Assembly: GCA_964016885.1 (NCBI GenBank)
Contig: OZ024757.1
Location: forward strand, 19,902,001-19,966,000
DNA from: Eledone cirrhosa
Lineage: Eukaryota
Length of the DNA stretch: 64,000 nucleotides
Direction of reading: 5' to 3'
A model generated the notes under the pieces. That model was not told where the DNA came from. It did not search any database and worked only from the letters and a program-made list of their open reading frames with translations. The position numbers and the translations under genes are program-made. Positions 53,740-64,000 of this stretch are shown piece by piece. Every line of letters starts with the position of its first letter. Positions within the stretch are counted from its first letter, which is position 1.

Positions 53740-55690
53740 GGATGGTGTCATGACAAAAAGTGCCCAGCCCACACTGTAAAGTGGTCATATTGGTGACATG
53801 ACAAAAAGCGCCCAGTCCACACTGTAAAAAGTGGTCATATTGGTGACATGACAAAAAGCACTCAGTCCACACTGTAAAAAGTGGTCATATTGGTGACATG
53901 ACAAAAAGCACTCAGTCGACACTGTAAAGTGGTAATATTGGTGTCACGACAAAAAGCACTCAGCCCACACTGTAAAGTGGTGAAGTAGGTGACATGACAA
54001 AATGCAACCACTCCACACTGAAAAGTGGTCAAGTAGGAGTCAAGACAAAAAGCACCCTATACACATTGTAAATGTGGTTGGCGTTAGGAAGGGCATCCAG
54101 CTGTAGAAACCAAGCTAAAACCAGTATGAGCAAAACATGGTCATCTGACTTGTCTTGTCTCAGTCCACACTGTAAAGTGGTAATGTTGGTGTCATGACAA
54201 AAAGTGCCCAGCCCACACTGTAAAGTGGTCATATTGGTCACATGTCAAAAAACACTCAGTCCACACTGTAAAGTGGTAATGTTGGTGTCATGACAAAAAG
54301 TGCCCAGCCCACACTGTAAAGTGGTCATATTGGTGACATGACAAAAAGCACTCAGTCCACACTGTAAAGTGAAGTAGGTGACATGACAAAATGCAACCAC
54401 TCCACACTGAAAAGTGGTCTAGTAGGAGTCAAGACAAAAAGCACCCTATACACATTGTAAATGTGGTTGGCGTTAGGAAGGGCATCCAGCTGTAGAAACC
54501 AAGCTAAAACCAGTATGAGCAAAACATGGTCATCTGACTTGTCTTGTCTCAGTCCACACTGTAAAGTGGTAATGTTGGTGTCATGACAAAAAGTGCCCAG
54601 CCCACACTGTAAAGTGGTCATATTGGTCACATGTCAAAAAACACTCAGTCCACACTGTAAAGTGGTAATGTTGGTGTCATGACAAAAAGTGCCCAGCCCA
54701 CACTGTAAAGTAGTCATATTGGTGACATGACAAAAAGCACTCAGCCCACACTGTAAAGTGGTGAAGTAGGTGACATGACAAAATGCAACCACTCCACACT
54801 GAAAAGTGGTCAAGTAGGAGTCAAGACAAAAAGCACCCTATACACATTGTGAATGTGGTTGGCGTTAGGAAGGGCATCCAGCTGTAGAAACCAAGCTAAA
54901 ACCAGTATGAGCAAAACATGGTCATCTGACTTGTCTTGTCTCAGTCCACACTGTAAAGTGGTAATGTTGGTGTCATGACAAAAAGTGCCCAGCCCACACT
55001 GTAAAGTGGTCATATTGGTCACATGACAAAAAGCACTCAGTCGACACTGTAAAATGGTAATATTGGTGTCACGACAAAAAGCACTCAGCCCACACTGTAA
55101 AGTGGTGAAGTAGGTGACATGACAAAATGCAACCACTTCACACTGAAAAGTGGTCAAGTAGGAGTCAAGACAAAAAGCACCCTATACACATTGTAAATGT
55201 GGTTGGCGTTAGGAAGGGCATCCAGCTGTAGAAACCAAGCTAAAACCAGTATGAGCAAAACATGGTCATCTGACTTGTCTTGTCTCAGTCCACACTGTAA
55301 AGTGGTAATGTTGGTGTCATGACAAAAAGTGCCCAGCCCACACTGTAAAGTGGTCATATTGGTCACATGACAAAAAGCACTCAGTCGACACTGTAAAATG
55401 GTAATATTGGTGTCACGACAAAAAGCACTCAGCCCACACTGTAAAGTGGTGAAGTAGGTGACATGACAAAATGCAACCACTTCACACTGAAAAGTGGTCA
55501 AGTAGGAGTCAAGACAAAAAGCACCCTATACACATTGTAAATGTGGTTGGCGTTAGGAAGGGCATCCAGCTGTAGAAACCAAGCTAAAACCAGTATGAGC
55601 AAAACATAGTCATCTGACTTGTCTTGTCTCACAACGGGACAACTCGTCTAACCCATGGTAGTGTGGAAAAATGGACGTTAAACCGTGATG
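53740..55690. repeat. SINE-derived composite satellite (~49-bp units within ~340-420-bp higher-order units)
   Basis: Recurrent ccacactgtaaagtggt; ggcgttaggaagggcatccagctgtagaaacc appears five times. Confidence 0.88.
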
Positions 55691-56073
55691 ATATATATCT
55701 CATCATCATCGTTTAACGTCCATCTTCCACATACATATATACGCTGTAAATATGGTTGGTGCTAGGAAGGACATCCAGTGACCATAAAAACACAGCCTAT
55801 ACACAGGGCCCACTATGAGCAAAGTAGGCATGGCAAACTGGCCAGACACCCTTCATAATTAAGCATACATGCTTCATAAGTGAGACCAACCAGTTCCACA
55901 CACACTGTAAATGAGTTTGGTGTTAAGAAGGGCATCCAGCCGTATAAAAAAAACCCACCCAAAATACAGTTCCGTTTGAACAAGGTACGGCACAGCCAGC
56001 TGGACACACTTGCATCATAAAAAATGCCCCATCTAACCGATGTAAAGATGGAAAAAGACAAGCAGTAATGATG

Positions 56074-56111
<38 letters not shown>

Positions 56112-56783
56112 TAAACGGAATTGAAAATGCTGACAAATTGTTCACAGTGAAAAATAGTTTAATTAGGAATAAGTGAGAATTAGTAATTGTATTGGTTAGT
56201 ATTCAGTTTTAGTTTTACCGGTTGCGCATTTCTAATGCTTTTCAAAAATAATTTTGAGATAGAACGTCCGTGATGTTTGCTCTGATCTGATTATTTTTGG
56301 GAATTCTACCTGTTTTTATGTTAAAAAAGTGGCTCCAGCGGTATTAAAATAAGTTTTGCGCCAATTCGTGTTGCAAAAATTCTTGTGGTCAAAACAATTT
56401 TGATTGGTCGGTAGAGGTCATGTGAATGTAAAAAATTGATTTTGCGCCAAATGTAGGTTTGTGTCGGCTGACTGAGAAATGACTCTTTCACAACAAATAT
56501 GTGTGTGTGTGTATGTGTGTGTATAATATATATATAGAAATGTAGGTGCTATGGTAAAAAGCACCCAGTACACTGTAAATGAGGTTGGTGTTAGGAAGGG
56601 CATCCAGCTGTAGAAACAAAGCCAAAATCAGTTCTGTATGAGCAAGACATGGTCACCTGACCTGGCATTGCTCACAACGGGACAACCCATCTAACCCATG
56701 CTAGCGTTGGAAGACGGGCGTTAAACGATGATGGTGATGATATATTATAATTGTACGTGTCTGTGTGTGCATGTGTGTATGTA

Positions 56784-56828
<45 letters not shown>

Positions 56829-56834
<6 letters not shown>

Positions 56835-57100
56835 AGAAATTAAAAAAAGATGGTTAAAGAAGTTCCATATATTTTATGCGCATTTCGAAAACAACAACAT
56901 CCTGGGACAAAAATTGTGTTCTCATCAGATAAAATAAGGTAACATGATATTGTTGTTTTCGAAATGAGCATAATAAAATATATGGAACTTCTTTAACCAT
57001 CTTTTAATTTCTTCTTTAATATATACTTCAGTTCTACCAACTGTTGAGTGCTACTTATCTGATATATGCATAGTTTTATTGTTCTACAATATTACTCACC

Positions 57101-57105
<5 letters not shown>
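56829..57105. mobile_element. Palindromic hammerhead element, same family as 26445-26775
   Basis: Minus-strand CTGATGA...GAAA-tgcgca-TA core at ~56870-56936, inverted partial arm, tail ctgttgagtgctacttatc, (TA)n flanks. Confidence 0.7.
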
Positions 57106-57167
<62 letters not shown>

Positions 57168-57276
57168 AGTTGTATTTAACCTGTTGGAAGTCCGACAAAC
57201 ATAAATGTTTATAACTGATTTAGAGCACTCAACAAATAACTGGAGTTAATATTCTGGAGTAAATATTTAATATCAT

Positions 57277-57315
<39 letters not shown>

Positions 57316-57496
57316 ATGGCTTCTACAGGACTAGAACTGTTTCATTCGGGAGAAATCATCAGAAAGCCCTGATGATTTCTCCCAAATTAAACAGTTCTAG
57401 TCCTGTAGAAGCCATTTCTACATTAAATATTTATACTCTGCTATGTATTGAGTACCTTCCTTACTGTGGTTACCCCCGATTGAACCTGGGATAAAC

Positions 57497-57546
<50 letters not shown>

Positions 57547-58088
57547 GTGTGTGTGTGTGCATGCGTGTATATATATGATGATGGCTGCCCCCTCGTCATC
57601 GAGTATGGCCATTGCACGATATAACATTATTAATAATTATTAATTAATTCTATTGCGCAATGCCTGTGCGTGAAGATATTTTTTAAAGTGAGGAAAGACT
57701 GTGCACAGAGCCAATCCCACTCTCTGAGCGACAGTAGCTATAACCCGAAAAGAAGAAAAGATCAACATCATCGGTAACTACTGAGCCGCAGGTTTTATAT
57801 CGGAGTTATCCCAGTTTCTTGAGTTGCCTTCTCCTAGAAGAATGCCCTGACAAAGGCTAGGGGTCCTTCAGTCCCAGTGGTTTAACCGCACGATCAGGTG
57901 TCCAGCCCGATTATTTCTATGTCCCCTCGTATATACATACACATGCACCCATGTATATACACATATACATATACATACATATGTACATGTGCATATACAT
58001 ATTTACACACTTTCGGATGGCCGTTGACTCTTATGAGTTCTTCCACCCTTTATATATATATATATATATATTTTTTTTTTTTTATATT

Positions 58089-58120
<32 letters not shown>

Positions 58121-59289
58121 TATATATATGTATTGATGCGTGTGTTTATATGTATGTATACATGTACACAGGCCTTCATTATCAGAACTAATCAAACGGG
58201 AAGGATTTTATCCAGGTAACTGATCTGATTATCAATAAAGGAAGCCATATATTACATAAACAAGAATATTTACAGAGCTTTTAAGTCAGACATTTGATAA
58301 AATCGATCTTGTGCAATCCTTGGATCAGTTTTCACCATAATCCAGACACTGAAATATATTAGGCATCTCTTCAAATATCAATGAAAGTATTTTCTCTTCA
58401 CAGATATGAACCCTTTAACATTTACATTACTCTATATATACTACTGTATTTTCATGGTAAAGGCTTTATCTCACATAATATTGAATCTATGAGATTTTGA
58501 TATTTATTTTGAGAACAATACCTCCACATAAGTATGAGTGGCCGGGTTGAACAGAAAGAAGCGAGAGAATTCTGACTGAATACAGCCGGTTTAACCCTTT
58601 ATCATTTGCATTACTCTATATATACTACTGTATTTTCATGGTAAAGGCTTTATCTCACATAATATTGAATCTATGAGATTTTGATATTTATTTTGAGAAC
58701 AATACCTCCACATAAGTATGAGTGGCCGGGTTGAACAGAAAGAAGTGAGAGAATTCTGACTGAATACAGCCGGTTTAACCCTTTATCATTTGCATTACTC
58801 TATATATACTATTGTATTTTTGTGGTAAATGCTTTATCTCACATAATATCAAATCTATGAGATTTTGATGTTATTCTTTTTGAGAACAATACCTTAACAT
58901 CAGTATGAGCGGCCAGTTACAGCTGGTTTGAAAAGAAAGAGGCAAGAGAATTCTGGCCGGATATGACCAGTTTAAATGTTAAAGTGTTAATGGTTAACAG
59001 AAACAAATCCACTCATACACAAGAATCTAATCTAATCTAATCTGGGTTTACACTCGCAAATAAGAACTAGGGCTGCCCCCAGGAGTATTGGATGTGGTGT
59101 ACTTCATATTTGTTTCAGTTGCTATATACCATCAAAAAAGAAATGAAATTTACAGCTCACACTTATGCAGGTTTAGCTGGCTTTTTACAAGGTTGTATCT
59201 AATAGGACCTTGGATGTGTTGATGATACAGAACCCCAATTGTAGCATATTGTCACAACTCACACATATGTAGGTTTAGCTTCCCTTGTA

Positions 59290-59490
59290 CAGGTGGCATT
59301 TCAGCCTGTGGCTTTCGAAACATTTGGGGGAGTCGGGCCGCCGACTGCAAGGTTCCTCTCTTCACTGGCGGCTCGCCTAATAGAGGTAACTGGCGAATCT
59401 CGCAAGGGCGCTTGGCTGTTTCAGCGCATCAGCCTCGCCATCACCCGACGCAACGCTGCGAGTGTGCAGGCTTGCCTCAAAAATCATTAG
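59290..59490 (+). mobile_element. Restriction-like-endonuclease non-LTR retrotransposon 3' fragment (CRE/R2-type)
   Basis: FQPVAFETFGGVG...FL...LFQRISLAITRRNAASV matches the RLE C-terminal pattern FxPxxxETxG...QRxSxAxQRGNA. Confidence 0.75.
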
Positions 59491-60091
59491 AGAGGTTGCC
59501 CAGTACTCATCACGACGTTGCTGTCTTTTGCCCTGGTGTTGGCTCCGTTGTCACCCCTTCCATTACATTTTCTTTAATATTGTAACATTAAAGGAATATA
59601 TCTTTCTGAATGAATCGCGAGCTATTTATGATGTTATCAAAGCATTTGTAATGTTATTTACGTATATATTTAAAACATATTTGTTATGTTATTCTGCTGT
59701 AAATTTGTTTATATGCTCCGTTTATATTTTCATTCTGAAAGAATTGTATATATTATTTGTGAATATATTGTTTTTAATATAGCTACATATAGTGCAAGAG
59801 TGAAGAATAACATGGTTGGCGTACAATTGTTTCATTGATCAGGTGAGTCTAAAGGCCGCTAATCGACTTTAAATACAGTGTGTGTGTCTGATCAAATCAT
59901 CAGAATACCCACTCTTTCACTACTATTACTCCAAGAATAACCTACATGGGAATTTTCTCGCTACCTAACTAAGGAAACCTCTTGGTGAGTCAAACAAGGC
60001 CGTACGCTAAAACTATCCACAATACAGAGAACTCACAACCTCTAACTGGATTACCCATAACAATAACTTGTTATCCCATATATATATATAT

Positions 60092-60147
<56 letters not shown>

Positions 60148-60472
60148 GCACATGGCTTAGTGGTTAGAGCATTGGCCTTGCAATTGAAACATTGTGAGTT
60201 CAATTCTCAGACCGGGTGATGTGTTGTTTCCTTGAGCAAGACACTTTATTTCACATTGCTCCAGTTTACTCAGCTGTAGAAATGAGATGATAGGGACTGG
60301 GATCCCTATCATTCCACTGCAAAGTGGTCATGGAGGTGCCACGGCAAAAAAGCACCCAGCACTCACTGTAACTGAGGTTGGTGTTAGGAAGGGCATCCAG
60401 CTGTAGAAATCAAGCCAGAATCAGTTCCCGTCGCACCCTTGCAAGCAGGGAAAAAGCGGACGTAAAATGAAA

Positions 60473-60537
<65 letters not shown>

Positions 60538-60586
60538 AAGTGTGAAGAATAACATGGTCGGCTGTACAAAAAGGGTTTTATTTGCA

Positions 60587-60697
60587 GTATTAACAATTGT
60601 TTCATTGATCAGGTGAGTCTAAAGGCCACTGATCACTAGAAGTTGTGACACTCAAACTTAAATACAGTCCGTGTCTCTGATCAAATCATCAGAATAC
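60587..60697 (-). ncRNA. Type-I hammerhead motif with an extended stem-II loop (paralog at ~59820-59908)
   Basis: Minus strand gtatt-CTGATGA-t-ttgatcag...ctgatcaa-t-GAAA-caattgTT-aatac. Confidence 0.6.
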
Positions 60698-60890
60698 AGC
60701 CGACCATGTTATTCTTCGCTCTTTCACTACTATTATTCCAAGAATACCCTACATGGGAATTCTCGCGAACTCGCTACCTAACTAAGGAAACCTTTTGTTA
60801 AGTAAAACAATGCCGTACGTTAAAACTATCCATAGTACAGAGTACTAACAACCTCTAACTGGATTACCTAAAATGATAACTTGTTATCCC

Positions 60891-60922
<32 letters not shown>

Positions 60923-61213
60923 CATTTTTTCACACAGAGTTGCTGAAGCATGGAACAAACTACCTGCATCAGTTGTTAGCTGTCGGGACATTGCATCCTT
61001 CAAAACTTCCATGCTTCCCCAAACTCGCCAACACTACACCTGATATTCCCCCTCCATAAACACGCACGCATGTATCTGTGGGTATATATCAGGATTCATA
61101 CACTGTTCGCTTTCCTGATATTTGTACATTATTCTCTGTACTATAGATGCACCTTTGATCAGTTGTAGTGCACCTGAGCACTGTACACAATAATTTTCAT
61201 TAATATTATATTA

Positions 61214-61263
<50 letters not shown>

Positions 61264-61511
61264 GACGGACATTAAACTAAGCTACATGTCATGAGATGAG
61301 GCAAAAGGATCTGTTAGAAAATATAAAAATTGTCCCAGATGGGCGTTGCTTTGTTATGATGTGTGGTGTAACAGGTTTTATTTTGAGACACTGTCGCACT
61401 GTGTGTGTGTGTGTTTGTGTGTCTGTGTGTGTTTGTGTGTCTGTGTCCATATACATAAATACATACAGGTATTATCATCATCATCGTTTAACGTCGATCT
61501 TCCACGCTAGC

Positions 61512-61573
<62 letters not shown>

Positions 61574-61774
61574 TACACACAAACACACATATATACACAC
61601 TCACACATATATATATACATACACACACACACATATATACACACATATATATGCACACACACACACATCTATACACAAACATATACACACACATATATAC
61701 ACACATATATACACACACACATATATACACACACATATATACACACATATACACACACACATACACACATATAT

Positions 61775-61805
<31 letters not shown>

Positions 61806-61830
61806 CATACATATACATATACATATATAT

Positions 61831-61878
<48 letters not shown>

Positions 61879-63259
61879 ACATCGTCTTTCGATGGAATAA
61901 ACAGCCAACAGCTGGTGGCCATTCGAAGAATGAATAAATCCAGATCAGACACAACAACAACAACAACAACAACAACAATCAAACAGTTGTTGCTTTTGTC
62001 TCTCTGAGTCACGCCGCTTATATAATATATAATATATATATAATATATCATCATCACCGTTTTACGTCCGTTCTTCCACGCTAGCATGGGTTAGACGGGT
62101 TGTTCTGTCGTGGGCAGTGTCTGGTCGGCTGACCATGCCTTGCTCATACAGGAACTGATTTGGCTCATACAGGAACTGATATATATATAATATATATAAT
62201 ATCATCATCATCATCATTTCATTTTACGTCCGCTTTTTCCCTGCTTGCAAGGGTGGGACAGGAACTGATTCTGGCTTGATTTCTACAGCTGGATGCCCTT
62301 CCTAACACCAACCTCATTTACAGTGAGTGCTGGGTGCTTTTTTTTTGCCGTGGCACCTCCACGGCCACTTTGCAGTGGAATGATAGGGACCCCAGTCCCT
62401 ATCATCTCATTTCTACAGCTGAGTATACTGGAGCAATGTGAAATAAAGTGTCTTGCTCAAGGAAGCAACACATCACCCGGTCTGAGAATTGAACTCACAA
62501 CCTTTCGATTGTAAGGCCAATGCTCTAACCACTAAGCCATGTGCCTCCATGGCTCCAATAATATAGAAGACAACCCCACACCCTCATACACACAAAACAG
62601 ACCCTGCCACACATACACACACACAAAAGACACCCCCACACCCCTACACACAGAACAGACCCTGCCACACCACACACACCCCCACACAGAACAGACCCTG
62701 CCACATACACACACAAGACAACCCCACACCTCCATACACACAGAACAGACCCTGCCACACATACACACACAGAACAGACCCCCTCCACACACACAGAACA
62801 GACCCACACACACACAGAAAAGACCCCCCCCCCCACACACACACACACAGAACAGACCCTGCCACACATACACACACACAGAACAGACCCTGCCACACAC
62901 ACACACAGAAGACACCCCCCCCCCCACACACACACACAGAATAGACACCACCACCACCACCACCCACCCCACAAGGCACACAGAAAAAAACCTCTCCACC
63001 ACAAGACATACAGAAAGACAGCTCCCACCGCCCCGAGACATTCAGTCACGTTAAAACTCCTAATGGCTGGATTGTGCAATAAAAACAACATTGACAGAAT
63101 TTCGTTCTCACCAAAGTACAAAAGAAATCGATATAAAAAATTATAAATATATATATGTAATATATAAGTAGAAGTTGTATTTAATTTGTTGGAAGTCCGA
63201 CAAACACAAATGTTTGTAACTGATATAGAGCACTCAACAGTTTACTGGAGTAAGTATTC

Positions 63260-63568
63260 CGAGATATTAATAAATGGAAACTATATTTATAAAACCATAT
63301 TTATTTTATTATATATATTTCAAGGGCGACCAAACCAATCTTGGTGCGCTTTCATCAGATAAAATACAAAATTTGTTTTATAAATAACGACATACTATCC
63401 AGCGAATTTCCGACCGTTAAGGTTGATTTCCATGGGTATGTCATTTATAAAACAAATTTTGTATTTCATCTGATGAAAGCACACCAAGATTGGCTTGGTC
63501 GCCCTTGAAATATATATAATAAAATAAATATGGTTTTATAAATATAGTTTTCATTTATTAATATCTTG
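63260..63568. mobile_element. Palindromic element with two inverted hammerhead motifs (63302-63366 on -, 63462-63526 on +)
   Basis: ~135-bp inverted arms. Core ttttat-CTGATGA-aag..accaag(attgg)yttggt..ctt-GAAA-tatata-TA-ataaaa. Confidence 0.75.
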
Positions 63569-64000
63569 GTATATATAATATATATATATATATTGTCATC
63601 ATCATCATTTTACGTCCGCTTTTCCCTGCTTGCAAGGGTGGGACGGGAACTGATTCTGGCTTGATTTCTACAGCCGGATGCCCTTCCTAACACCAACCTC
63701 ATTTACAGTGAGTCCTGGGTGCTTTTACAGTGTGGGCTGGGTACTTTTTTGCCGTGGCACGTCCATGACCACTTTGCAGTGGAATGATAGGGACCCCAGT
63801 CTTTATCATCTCATTTCTACAGCTGAGTAAACTGGAGCAATGTGAAATAAAGTGTCTTGCTCAAGGAAACAACACAACACCCGGTCTGAGAATTGAACTC
63901 ACAACCTTTCGATTTCAAGGCCAATGCTCTAACCACTAAGCCATGTATATATATCTATATGTAGGTATATATATATGTAGGTATATATATATATATATAT

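Overview
Repeat-saturated, AT-rich animal genomic DNA; the microsatellite density and SINE/RTE families suggest an octopod cephalopod, but that is inference. The only host gene I can support is a minus-strand CD63-like tetraspanin. Six phase-0 coding exons (189/75/96/132/84/66 nt) lie between 33608 and 1080 and encode a CCG motif and a C-terminal YECV sorting signal. The first coding exon was not found and probably lies beyond the window. The introns are filled with decayed mobile elements (RTE, CR1 and RLE-type LINEs, tRNA-derived SINEs, a mariner, Helitrons, piggyBac- and hAT-like MITEs, an inverted Penelope pair) and with minisatellites that arose inside those elements. Two structures stand out. 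(i) About 14 type-I hammerhead-ribozyme cores, many inside short non-coding palindromic elements embedded in (TA)n tracts, and several on the pre-mRNA strand. (ii) A ~6.7 kb foldback structure built from divergent tRNA-Glu-like A-box/B-box modules. Almost all long ORFs in the supplied track are artefacts of simple repeats.
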